Shown here in pieces: positions 19,938 through 29,071 of a DNA stretch of 64,000 bases; position 1 is the stretch's first letter; each line of letters starts with the position of its first letter. The position numbers and the translations under genes are program-made. Under the pieces are notes generated by a model. That model did not search any database. It was not told where the DNA came from and worked only from the letters and a program-made list of their open reading frames with translations. Origin of the DNA: Roseburia sp. (GTDB taxonomy: Bacteria > Bacillota > Clostridia > Lachnospirales > Lachnospiraceae); assembly GCA_051879395.1 (NCBI GenBank), contig JBJELY010000161.1, positions 7,882-71,881 of the forward strand. The letters are read 5' to 3'.

Positions 19938-21110
19938 TTACTGTTTTGGAAATCTGCCATCTTCTTCCAGCAGCCGATACAGCGTCGGTGATACCTGAAA
20001 TTCTTCCATTGCCGCATGTACTTCGGCTAAATATTTTCTTTTTACCGATGCCGGGACAACCGGTTTCCTTACCGCACGAATTAAGAGATTCTTTGGTGTC
20101 TGTTCAAAGTCAATAAACTCCAAAATCTGTGTTTTATAACCACAATATTCTAAAAGATTGCCTCGGATAGCATCCGTCGTCAGTGCAGCCATTCTCTCTT
20201 TGATAATGCCATATCTGGTAAAAAGAGAAAGTTCCTCCGTCTTCATCTGCTGGTTTAATTCATGCTGGCAGCATGGCACGGAAAAAATCATTTTTGCGTT
20301 CCATTTAATTGCATTATAGAGTGCAAAATCGGTCGCTGTATCACATGCATGCAAAGTCACCACCATATCGACATCAAACGGTGCCTGATAACCATTGATA
20401 TCCCCTAATTCAAAATGAAGGTTTTCATAACCATATTTTTCTGCTGTCTGATTACACTTTTCAATGACATCTTTTTTCAAATCCAGCCCGATAATCTGCG
20501 TCTTCAACTGTTTTATTTCCGTGAAATAGTAATACAAAATGAACGTCAGATAGGATTTTCCACATCCAAAATCAATGATATGAATTTCATCTTTTCCATA
20601 TTCTTTCACACCATCTTCGACAATTTCTAAGAATCTGTTAATCTGGCGGAATTTATCGTACATCGTGCGGACAATTTTTCCTTCTTTTGTAAAAACGCCC
20701 ATATCCACCAGCGCAGGAATCGTCTGACCTTCTTCTAAAATATAATTCTTTTTCCGATTGTGCTCACTGCTTTGCTCTTTCCGCACTGTCTGGGGGTTCC
20801 CCGCCATTCCCTTAAACGTGATTTTTCCTTTTTTGGAGATTAAGAGCATATATTCTTTTTTCTCATCCCATGCATTAAGCTGGGAAAAAAATTTTTCCAG
20901 CTGCTCTTCTAAGAAAAATTTCAATTCTTCCTGCTTTAAATTCACATGAAAAACCTGTTTTTCCGTATATCGCGCTGCCTGAAAATAATCTTTCTTTTTC
21001 TCAATGATAATTTTTCGATATTCTGCCGCTTTGTCCTTCGGCTTGCTTAGTATGATTTTTTGAAGTTCTGCCTGCAGTAAAAGTGTGATTTTTTCCTGTA
21101 ATTCTGACAT
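19938..21110 (-). CDS. class I SAM-dependent methyltransferase (Methyltransf_32-like)
   Basis: DKFRQINRF, IDFGCGKSYL, LHACDTATD, VPCCQHE. Confidence 0.88.
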   Translation of the reverse strand: MSELQEKITLLLQAELQKIILSKPKDKAAEYRKIIIEKKKDYFQAARYTEKQVFHVNLKQEELKFFLEEQLEKFFSQLNAWDEKKEYMLLISKKGKITFKGMAGNPQTVRKEQSSEHNRKKNYILEEGQTIPALVDMGVFTKEGKIVRTMYDKFRQINRFLEIVEDGVKEYGKDEIHIIDFGCGKSYLTFILYYYFTEIKQLKTQIIGLDLKKDVIEKCNQTAEKYGYENLHFELGDINGYQAPFDVDMVVTLHACDTATDFALYNAIKWNAKMIFSVPCCQHELNQQMKTEELSLFTRYGIIKERMAALTTDAIRGNLLEYCGYKTQILEFIDFEQTPKNLLIRAVRKPVVPASVKRKYLAEVHAAMEEFQVSPTLYRLLEEDGRFPKQ

Positions 21111-21161
21111 ATTTCGTTCCTTTCTCTCTGATGGGGATTCTGGCAAACTTTTTTCTATCCT

Positions 21162-21469
21162 GATTAGGGTGTCAAAAGGTACTACTAGAAATTGAATTTC
21201 GTAAATTGCACAAAGCTTAAAATATTTTTGACTTTGGGAAAGTGTTAGATATTCTTAGGATTTCTCTAACTATCCAGCAATTTGCAGACACGATGTCTGC
21301 AAAAGGCTTAATGGAGCCATGGATGGCGACTTTAAGCCGATTGCGTAAACGCAAAAAACTTTTATAGGAATCCTTAGAATATCTTACACTTGTACAACGG
21401 AAAAAATATTTTAAGCTTTGCGCAATATGCGAAATCCAATTCCGAGTAGTACCTATTGACACCCTAATC
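21162..21469. mobile_element. MITE-like fold-back element with 7-bp target-site duplication
   Basis: About 105-bp imperfect terminal inverted arms starting GATTAGGGTGTCAA; CTATCCT repeated at 21155-21161 and 21470-21476; no transposase. Confidence 0.8.
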
Positions 21470-22669
21470 CTATCCTACAATCAGCGCAAAATAGCCCCAT
21501 TCCCAAATCAGCGTTTGAAAACTGTTTTCCAAATACTCCCGAACATCTTCCCCGTCATATCCGGTCATTCGGGCAATATAGACAATCGTATCCCGGATTT
21601 TCTGCTCTGACAATTCTTCTTTTCCATCTTTTATATATTGTAACAGTATCACCTGCTTCATGGAAGCATATTCGATTCCAATCCACTGCAATGCCACGAC
21701 CAAATCCTCTAAGTTCGAATCCGGCAAAAGAAAACTTGCGAAAATTTCTGCTACAAGATAGTTTCTCATCCATGCCTCATATGGCAAAAATGCTTCATCA
21801 AACAACCTTTTCGCATCTGCGATTTCTTCGGCATCATATTCTATGGTAAACTGCTCCGCCAATTGCGCCAGCTCTTCTAAAAAGTTCTGATAAATCCCTT
21901 CTTTCCGGTAATTCTCTGCCAAGTCCAAAAAGAGTTCATTACATTCGTCAAAGGTATCCAACGGGTCATTTTCCAATTCTGCCATTGCGTCTGCCAGTTC
22001 TGCTATCGCCTCTTTTGTATACATCGCCAAATCAGGCTGTAATAATCCGGCATCCGGCTTTTTTGCTTGCCTCCTTGCCGCACGATTCTGCTTTCTTCCT
22101 ACTTCTTCTAACGCCTTTTCATACATATCCAGCAACACGTAGAAGCACATTTTCAATGCCTGCGCAACCGGGTACGCTTCTTCCTCTAAAATGGAAAACA
22201 TGAGGTTGCGCACTTCAAATAGAACACCCTGTTCTTCCAGTGCGGACAGCTTTTCTGTAAATGCTATACGTTCCTGTTTTTTCAAAATATCCACAATTTC
22301 CGGACAGCACGCCACCAGCGAATATTCCGTCCGTCCCTCGAATTCATGAATCTGCCTTGGAAAAAGTGTGCATGTCTCAGAAAGTGTCTCTTCCCCAAGC
22401 TGAATTACAAGTTTACATAACTTCTTTTCATCTAAAAAAGGGCACTTTTTTTCTTCGTTTAATCCGATTACCGTTCCACCGTCTTTTTGGCAGAGAAAAT
22501 CGGTCAATTTTTTGTCTGTATCACAGATTCTTAACTGTTTCCAGCCTTCTTTTGTCTTATCATCCACTGCAATTTTCCATTCCTGGCAACAGGTAATCGG
22601 ACAGTCCCCTGCGATGCAGCGGAAATTATCATAATAGGTTGGTTTTATCTCTAAATTTTTCATTTTCAT
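21470..22669 (-). CDS. fliB: FliB-family (flagellin lysine-N-methylase-like) protein
   Basis: YDNFRCIAGDCPITCCQEW, CPFL...LC, TCTLFPR, CPE motifs. Confidence 0.78.
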   Translation of the reverse strand: MKMKNLEIKPTYYDNFRCIAGDCPITCCQEWKIAVDDKTKEGWKQLRICDTDKKLTDFLCQKDGGTVIGLNEEKKCPFLDEKKLCKLVIQLGEETLSETCTLFPRQIHEFEGRTEYSLVACCPEIVDILKKQERIAFTEKLSALEEQGVLFEVRNLMFSILEEEAYPVAQALKMCFYVLLDMYEKALEEVGRKQNRAARRQAKKPDAGLLQPDLAMYTKEAIAELADAMAELENDPLDTFDECNELFLDLAENYRKEGIYQNFLEELAQLAEQFTIEYDAEEIADAKRLFDEAFLPYEAWMRNYLVAEIFASFLLPDSNLEDLVVALQWIGIEYASMKQVILLQYIKDGKEELSEQKIRDTIVYIARMTGYDGEDVREYLENSFQTLIWEWGYFALIVG

Positions 22670-22734
22670 TCTATCGGTTCGTAAATCTGATTCTTTTCAG
22701 TCTCACTCGTTTTACTATTTCTATTTTTTTATAC

Positions 22735-22816
22735 GGGTTCAAGTGTCAAAAGTTCCTATTACAGTAGTGGAATGCATCTCACACTACTATAAAAACCACT
22801 TTTAACACCTGAACCC
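22735..22816. repeat. 82-bp palindrome related to the ends of the 21162 element
   Basis: GGGTTCAAGTGTCAAAAGT ... ACTTTTAACACCTGAACCC with inner AGTAGTG/CACTACT. Confidence 0.75.
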
Positions 22817-22858
22817 TATCTTACAAAATCTGTTGAAAAAAATCAACGAAATAATTTT

Positions 22859-22929
22859 CGAACAAATATTCGATTTTCCTCTTGCATTTTCCTTTTCCTC
22901 ATGCTATCATAACATCGAACAAACGTTCT
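22859..22929 (+). promoter_or_regulatory. sigma-A promoter flanked by two LexA (SOS) boxes
   Basis: CGAACAAATATTCG 22859-22872 and CGAACAAACGTTCT 22916-22929 (Firmicutes GAAC-N4-GTTC); TTGCAT-17-TATCAT with TG extension. Confidence 0.8.
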
Positions 22930-23167
22930 TGCTGTTTTTACTCTATGAACACACGACAGCAATCATTTCTCGTATCGTGACGGAGGACGGATTTATGGAT
23001 TTTGCCATTTTCTATTCCATCCATGCACCCTCCTCCGTCTATGATAAAAGCATATCCTTTCGGGATTTTATCATAGATGATTTTGCATACAAGCACATAT
23101 TACGCAATCTTGATGTACCACTTTGCCTTTCCGGTAATGACTACTTCTTAGGAATGGAGGATTTGTT

Positions 23168-24508
23168 ATGAATATTCAACAGAATATGTCCCTTATGGAA
23201 AAACTTCATATCCTTTCAGATGCTGCCAAATACGATGTAGCATGTACTTCAAGCGGTGTAGACCGTAAAGGAAATGGGGTTGGAATGGGGAATTCCGTTT
23301 CCTGCGGAATCTGCCACTCTTTCTCTGCAGATGGGCGCTGCATCTCATTGTTAAAGATTCTTTTTACAAATGAATGTATCTTTAACTGCAGCTATTGTCA
23401 GAACAATTGTAATTCCGATGTTCCAAGAGCTGCCTTTACGCCGGAAGAAGTATGCGAACTTACAATGGAATTTTACCGCCGTAACTACATTGAAGGACTC
23501 TTTTTAAGCTCTGGTATTATGATTAGCCCAAACTATACCATGAATTTAATCTACCAGACCCTTTATCAATTGCGCAATGTCCATCACTTTAACGGATATA
23601 TCCATGTAAAAGCAATCCCAGGTGCCGATCCGGAACTAGTGGAACGTGCCGGCTACCTTGCAGACCGCATGAGTATTAATTTAGAGCTGCCCACTTCTGA
23701 CAGTCTGAAAAAGTTAGCACCCTGTAAATCACGCAAAACCATTTTAAAACCAATGCGTATGATTCAAAACGGTATTACAGAAAATAAGAACGAATTAGCA
23801 CTTTATCGAAAAGCCCCTAAATTCGTTCCTGCCGGTCAAAGTACTCAGATGATTATCGGAGCTACACCGGAACATGACTATCAGATTATGAGTGTTGCGG
23901 AACGTCTATATCAGAACTTTGATTTAAAGCGCGTTTTCTATTCCGCCTTTGTCAATGTGAACCAGAACTCCGAGCTTCCGGTTCTTCCCGGTGGACCTCC
24001 CCTGCTTCGGGAACACCGTCTTTATCAGGCAGACTGGTTATTGCGTTTTTATGATTTTAGTGTCGACGAATTGCTATCCGAAGACCGTCCAGATTTTAAC
24101 ATTTATTTAGACCCGAAATGCGACTGGGCACTACGGCATTTAGAATATTTTCCAGTGGAAATTAATACTGCAGATTATAAGACTTTGCTCCGTGTTCCGG
24201 GAATTGGTGCTAAGTCAGCTTCCCGCATTGTAAAAGCAAGACACATGAACCGACTGGATTTCTCTGACCTAAAGAAAATCGGTGTCGTTTTAAAACGTGC
24301 TCTGTATTTTATTACCTGCTCCGGCAGAATGATGTATAAAACGAAATTAGAAGAGGACTACATTTGCCGTAATTTGATTGGTGATAAAACTATGATTCCA
24401 AAAGAAATTCGTAATTCCGGTTATCAACAGCTAAGTTTATTTGATACTACTATGGAGGATTCCCTATGTACATCTTCATCTGTGAAAACAGCCTTAACGG
24501 CATTTTGA
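23168..24508 (+). CDS. putative DNA modification/repair radical SAM protein (TIGR03916-type)
   Basis: AAKYDVACTSSG, CIFNCSYC, REHRLYQADWL, HhH LRVPGIG, QLSLF. Confidence 0.92.
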   Translation: MNIQQNMSLMEKLHILSDAAKYDVACTSSGVDRKGNGVGMGNSVSCGICHSFSADGRCISLLKILFTNECIFNCSYCQNNCNSDVPRAAFTPEEVCELTMEFYRRNYIEGLFLSSGIMISPNYTMNLIYQTLYQLRNVHHFNGYIHVKAIPGADPELVERAGYLADRMSINLELPTSDSLKKLAPCKSRKTILKPMRMIQNGITENKNELALYRKAPKFVPAGQSTQMIIGATPEHDYQIMSVAERLYQNFDLKRVFYSAFVNVNQNSELPVLPGGPPLLREHRLYQADWLLRFYDFSVDELLSEDRPDFNIYLDPKCDWALRHLEYFPVEINTADYKTLLRVPGIGAKSASRIVKARHMNRLDFSDLKKIGVVLKRALYFITCSGRMMYKTKLEEDYICRNLIGDKTMIPKEIRNSGYQQLSLFDTTMEDSLCTSSSVKTALTAF

Positions 24509-25305
24509 CCGGTGTCTATGATGCCTGGTCTTATAAAATTGCACATCGTGATAATCTGACAGAAGAAGATATTGCACTCACCTGCCGGGAACCGGAAAAT
24601 TATTCCCTTTTTGCAGAATATGCTCCTGTCGCTCCTTCTCTTGAAAAGGCAGAAAAAGTACGTCATACTCTTTCCTCACAATTTGGTACTGACTTCTTTT
24701 CTGTCATTGCAGAAGCGATTCTGGCAACAGAATTGCATGAAAAACGTGGCTCTATTGATAAAGCAAATGCCGTTTATAAGACAATTGTTTTTGCCCTTGC
24801 GAAACCTTCCGGTTCACAGATTCCTTATGGTGCAAAGGTTTTAAATTATCTGGCCAATCCTTATGTCAACAGGGTTTTTGAGCTCTCCCGTTCTATTCAC
24901 AATGAAGCTCATCATCTACTCGGCTTCCTACGTTTTCAGGAATTAGAAAATGGTGTACTACTTAGCACCATACACCCGAAAAATGACTGTATTACCATAA
25001 TTGCAGAACATTTTACAGACCGCCTGCCTCAGGAAAACTTTATGATTTATGATGAGAATCGAAAAACGGCTGCGGTTCACGCAGCCGGTAAAAATTTTAT
25101 GTTAGTTGATGCCTCAGAAATCAATGAAGCCTTGCTCCATCGATATTCTGCCAAAGAAGAAACTTATCAGGAACTTTGGAAGAATTTCTTTGAAAGCATT
25201 GCAATACAGGCACGAATCAATCCAAAATTACAAGCTCAAAATATTCCAAAAAGATTTTGGAAAGATGCCCTCGAACTTGCTCCACATTTAAAAGAAAATT
25301 CCTAA
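24466..25305 (+). CDS. DUF4130 / TIGR03915-type partner protein
   Basis: GILTGVYDA, EAHHLLGFLRF, HFTDR, YQELW, R.NPKLQ...PKRFW; overlaps the rSAM gene. Confidence 0.88.
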   Translation: MYIFICENSLNGILTGVYDAWSYKIAHRDNLTEEDIALTCREPENYSLFAEYAPVAPSLEKAEKVRHTLSSQFGTDFFSVIAEAILATELHEKRGSIDKANAVYKTIVFALAKPSGSQIPYGAKVLNYLANPYVNRVFELSRSIHNEAHHLLGFLRFQELENGVLLSTIHPKNDCITIIAEHFTDRLPQENFMIYDENRKTAAVHAAGKNFMLVDASEINEALLHRYSAKEETYQELWKNFFESIAIQARINPKLQAQNIPKRFWKDALELAPHLKENS

Positions 25306-25344
25306 AGTTTCAAGTACTTTTCCATCAACGATTTTGTCATCGTT

Positions 25345-26121
25345 TTATTTCACTCTCGTAAACAACTTTCTCGCATTTTCCTCAGTCACACGTTCTACTT
25401 CTTCCTTGGTAATTTCTTTTAACTCTGCAATTTTTGCAACTACATATGGGATATAGGAAGAATCATTTCTTTTTCCGCGATATGGCTCTGGTGCCATATA
25501 TGGGCAGTCTGTTTCTAGTAAGATTCTTTCTAGTGGAATTGCTTCTACGGTTTCTTTTAATTTCTTTGCATTCTTAAACGTAACAACACCGCCTACTCCA
25601 ATATAATATCCCATTTTTACAAATTCCAAAGCCATTTCTTTCGAATAGGAATAGCAGTGAATCACTCCTGGAATCTCTTCTGCATGAATTCTTTTCATTA
25701 AATTCATCGTATCTTCTGCCGCATCACGGGAATGAATAATCACTGGTAAACCTGTCTCTCTGGCAAGTTCCATCTGACGTTCAAACCAATAGCGCTGACA
25801 TTCCTGCACATCAGGTTCCTTATCCCAATAATAATCTAAACCAATCTCACCAACTGCAACCGTCTTTTCTCTGTCAGTCTGCTCCCTTAGCCACGTAAAG
25901 GTTTCTTCATTTAATCCGCTAATGTCACTTGGATGAACCCCAACTGCCGCATAGACGTTATCATATTTTGCAGCGAGTTCCAATGTCGTCTTGGTCGTTT
26001 CAATTGAGGAACCTACATTAATAATCCGTCCTATTCCTTTCTCTGACATAGAAGATAATAATGCGTCTCTATCCTCATCAAATCGTTCATCATCGTAATG
26101 CGCATGTGTTTCAAATATCAT
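25345..26121 (-). CDS. tatD: TatD family nuclease
   Basis: ETHAH, GVHP, VGEIGLDY, IHSRDA, ETDCPY. Confidence 0.95.
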   Translation of the reverse strand: MIFETHAHYDDERFDEDRDALLSSMSEKGIGRIINVGSSIETTKTTLELAAKYDNVYAAVGVHPSDISGLNEETFTWLREQTDREKTVAVGEIGLDYYWDKEPDVQECQRYWFERQMELARETGLPVIIHSRDAAEDTMNLMKRIHAEEIPGVIHCYSYSKEMALEFVKMGYYIGVGGVVTFKNAKKLKETVEAIPLERILLETDCPYMAPEPYRGKRNDSSYIPYVVAKIAELKEITKEEVERVTEENARKLFTRVK

Positions 26122-26156
26122 TTCCTATACCTCTTTTACCATTACTTTTCCTTATA

Positions 26157-26780
26157 TTAATTCACATTCTTATAATAAAAAACTGCCAGCTGTGTACGGT
26201 CGCGTAATGACAGCTTCTCCAATACGCTACTGATATAATTGCGCACAGTTCCCTCGCTTAAGAAAAGTTGTTCTGCGATTTCCCGATTACTCAATCCCTC
26301 TGCTACCAATTCAATAATAAGCTGTTCTTTCTCGCTAATTTCATATTTTCCATAATCGAATTCTTCCTTACTCTGAGTAAGAACCGGAATTTTATTTACA
26401 ATCTCGCCACCAAAAACACTCTGTCCGCCCTGCACAGCCTTCAATGCCGGAACAATTCCTTCAAAATCCTGTTTTAAAATATAGCCCTTCGCACCAATAC
26501 TCAATGCTTTAACAATATACTCATCATCCGAAAATGTCGTCAAAAATAGAATTTTTGCATCGGAATATTTTTCCAAAATAAGCTCTGCTGCTTCTAAACC
26601 AGTCATTCCTTCCATACGAATATCCATCAAAAGAACATCCGGCTTCTCTTTTTCATAGAGCGAAATTGCCTCTTTTCCACTGCTGCCAATTGCCGCTACC
26701 TCCAATTCACGATCTGCTTCCAGAATTGTCTTTAACGAAATTGCGACCAACTGATCATCATCAATTACAACTACTTTCAT
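26157..26780 (-). CDS. NarL/LuxR family response regulator
   Basis: Receiver domain plus GLSNREIA...EGTVRNY...DRTQLA. Confidence 0.95.
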   Translation of the reverse strand: MKVVVIDDDQLVAISLKTILEADRELEVAAIGSSGKEAISLYEKEKPDVLLMDIRMEGMTGLEAAELILEKYSDAKILFLTTFSDDEYIVKALSIGAKGYILKQDFEGIVPALKAVQGGQSVFGGEIVNKIPVLTQSKEEFDYGKYEISEKEQLIIELVAEGLSNREIAEQLFLSEGTVRNYISSVLEKLSLRDRTQLAVFYYKNVN

Positions 26781-26781
26781 T

Positions 26782-27846
26782 CTAGCCTTCCTTTCTTACT
26801 GTAACCAACACCTTAAATCCGTTTTCATATTTTACATGGAACATACCCTTTAACGTTTCCACACGATGTCGCATATTTTCCAAGCCAATTCCACCTTCCA
26901 GGTTCTTCGGTTCTTTTGTTCCATTATCTTCGATACAAAGCTGATAAAATGCCGGATGCTCTCGTACCAAAATTGTCACACGATCCGCATCACTGTGCTT
27001 TACAATATTAGAAAGCGCCTCTTTTACAATAGCAAGAAAGCTGTACTTGATTTCACTCGTAACCACAAGTGACATATCATAATCTAACTTCACCTGATAA
27101 TTCTCCTGCATTGGCTTAATGATCTCATAAAGTGCCTGTTTCAAATCAATAGAATCATCATGCAAATCATGTACACTCTCTCTGATATTATTCATTGCTG
27201 TATTCAGCGTTTCATTCACGCTCACCAACTGCCCATGCATCGGCTCTTCCTTATAAATCGTTGTCAATGCACCTACCTGTAAAATAGAGCGCGAAAGCAT
27301 ATGTCCGACATTGTCATGAATTTCCCTCGCAATTCTATTTCGCTCACGGAGCGTTGCCATACGGATTTCATAATCCTGCTTTTCCATCAAATCCCGATTT
27401 TTTTCTTTTAACGCAAGATTTAACTCTGTACTGTTATCCCGAAGCCGAATCATTTCCTTCTCTAACGTTTCTAGTCGCAACGTTTTCTTGGAAAGATAGA
27501 AAGACAACAAACCTGCAATCAGCCAAAGTACAATCTTCCAATTTTCATACCACGGAAAGACGTAAATAATCATTAGCAAGGAAAAAAATCCCGCTTTCTG
27601 TTTCTTTATTCCGCAATCATACGCAATAAGTGGCAGAAAATATGAACATTCTGGCTTTGCAAAACAAAGTAATACAAAACCTGCTAACTCTGCCCACAAA
27701 AAATATCTATTCTCTATATAAATTCCCAATCCAGCTAAACTAAATGCTACTAATATTAAAACGACCGGCTCTGCAAATTTTTGAGAGTCTATCAACATGA
27801 CGATTCCTAATAATAAAAGAATCGCTTTATCTAAAATTCGTCCCAC
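26782..27846 (-). CDS. HisKA_3 sensor histidine kinase
   Basis: ERNRIAREIHDNVGH, EALSNIVKH, GIGLENM; intramembrane N-terminus; GTG start inferred. Confidence 0.9.
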   Translation of the reverse strand: MGRILDKAILLLLGIVMLIDSQKFAEPVVLILVAFSLAGLGIYIENRYFLWAELAGFVLLCFAKPECSYFLPLIAYDCGIKKQKAGFFSLLMIIYVFPWYENWKIVLWLIAGLLSFYLSKKTLRLETLEKEMIRLRDNSTELNLALKEKNRDLMEKQDYEIRMATLRERNRIAREIHDNVGHMLSRSILQVGALTTIYKEEPMHGQLVSVNETLNTAMNNIRESVHDLHDDSIDLKQALYEIIKPMQENYQVKLDYDMSLVVTSEIKYSFLAIVKEALSNIVKHSDADRVTILVREHPAFYQLCIEDNGTKEPKNLEGGIGLENMRHRVETLKGMFHVKYENGFKVLVTVRKEG

Positions 27847-27967
27847 GTTATTTTCCTTTCTAATGTCTACAGCCACACCCAAATCATATGTTCCAGAATA
27901 TCTCCCCATCTATCAAACCATTTACACCAGTTTTTTGCAAGTCCCCAAACCTTATTTTTTCAGAAAA

Positions 27968-28001
27968 TGACAATTGTCACATCACATTCTGACACACTTC
28001 A
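27968..28001. promoter_or_regulatory. putative NarL-type response regulator binding sites
   Basis: Perfect palindrome TGACAATTGTCA (27968-27979) and a degenerate copy 22 bp later, upstream of the divergent ABC operon. Confidence 0.55.
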
Positions 28002-28119
28002 CTTACGAAATGCCTCCTGCTCACTTATACTAAACTCAACAACTATATGAAAAGCAAGGAGGAAAATCCTCTGCTCGCCAGAGGGCTCGCATTTTTCTTC
28101 GAAAAACAAGGAGGATTAT

Positions 28120-29061
28120 ATGAATACATCTGTCGTAAAGGTAGAAAATCTTGTAAAACGTTATAAAGAATTAGTTGCACTTGACCATTTCAATCTACAA
28201 ATTGAGGAGGGCGAAATCTTTGGTCTTCTCGGTCCAAACGGTTCTGGTAAAACTACAACCATCAATTGTATTTTATCATTACTTACTTATGACAAAGGAT
28301 CCATTGAGGTCTTTGGCAAAGAGATGCGCCCGGACAGCTATGATCTAAAAAGACAGATTGGTGTCGTAATGCAAAATGTTGCAGTTTTTGACGAGCTGAC
28401 TGTATATGAAAATATTGACTACTTCTGTGGTCTTTATGTACGCGATAAAAATTTGCGCAAAGAATATGTAGAAGAGGCCATTCGCTTTGTTGGATTAGAA
28501 GATTATAAAAAATTTTTCCCGAAAAAATTGTCAGGTGGTCTTCTCCGGCGTCTCAACATTGCCTGCGGTATTGCGCATAAACCAAAACTTATCATTTTAG
28601 ATGAGCCTACCGTGGCTGTTGACCCACAGAGCCGTAACAAGATTCTGGAAGGAATTCAGGAATTAAACCGTAAAGGTGCTACGATTATTTACACTTCCCA
28701 CTACATGGAAGAAGTCGAGCAGCTCTGTACGAGAATTGCCATTATGGATAAAGGAAAAAACCTTGCCATTGGTACAAAAGAAGAATTAAAACAAATGATT
28801 AAGAAAAGTGAAACGATCACGATTGAAATTCTCGACATTTCCGAGGAAGACCTCAATGCAATCCGACAGCTCAAACATGTCTACGATGTCCGGTTTGAAA
28901 ATCATATTTTAACGGTTTGCTGCAGTGGCGGAAAACACAATCTAATCCGTGTTTTAAATTATTTACAGGAAAAAGAATTGTCCTTTGGTCGTGTTTATTC
29001 CGAATTGCCAACTTTAAATGATGTTTTCCTTGAAATTACTGGAAAAGAATTACGAGATTAG
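28120..29061 (+). CDS. ABC-2 type exporter ATP-binding protein (LnrL-like)
   Basis: GPNGSGKT, LSGG, LDEPTVAVDPQSR, SHYMEE. Confidence 0.93.
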   Translation: MNTSVVKVENLVKRYKELVALDHFNLQIEEGEIFGLLGPNGSGKTTTINCILSLLTYDKGSIEVFGKEMRPDSYDLKRQIGVVMQNVAVFDELTVYENIDYFCGLYVRDKNLRKEYVEEAIRFVGLEDYKKFFPKKLSGGLLRRLNIACGIAHKPKLIILDEPTVAVDPQSRNKILEGIQELNRKGATIIYTSHYMEEVEQLCTRIAIMDKGKNLAIGTKEELKQMIKKSETITIEILDISEEDLNAIRQLKHVYDVRFENHILTVCCSGGKHNLIRVLNYLQEKELSFGRVYSELPTLNDVFLEITGKELRD

Positions 29062-29071
29062 GAGGTGCCTT

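Noticed and set aside
21217-21462. 81-aa ORF
   Set aside because: Lies wholly inside the fold-back element; no RBS or protein-like features
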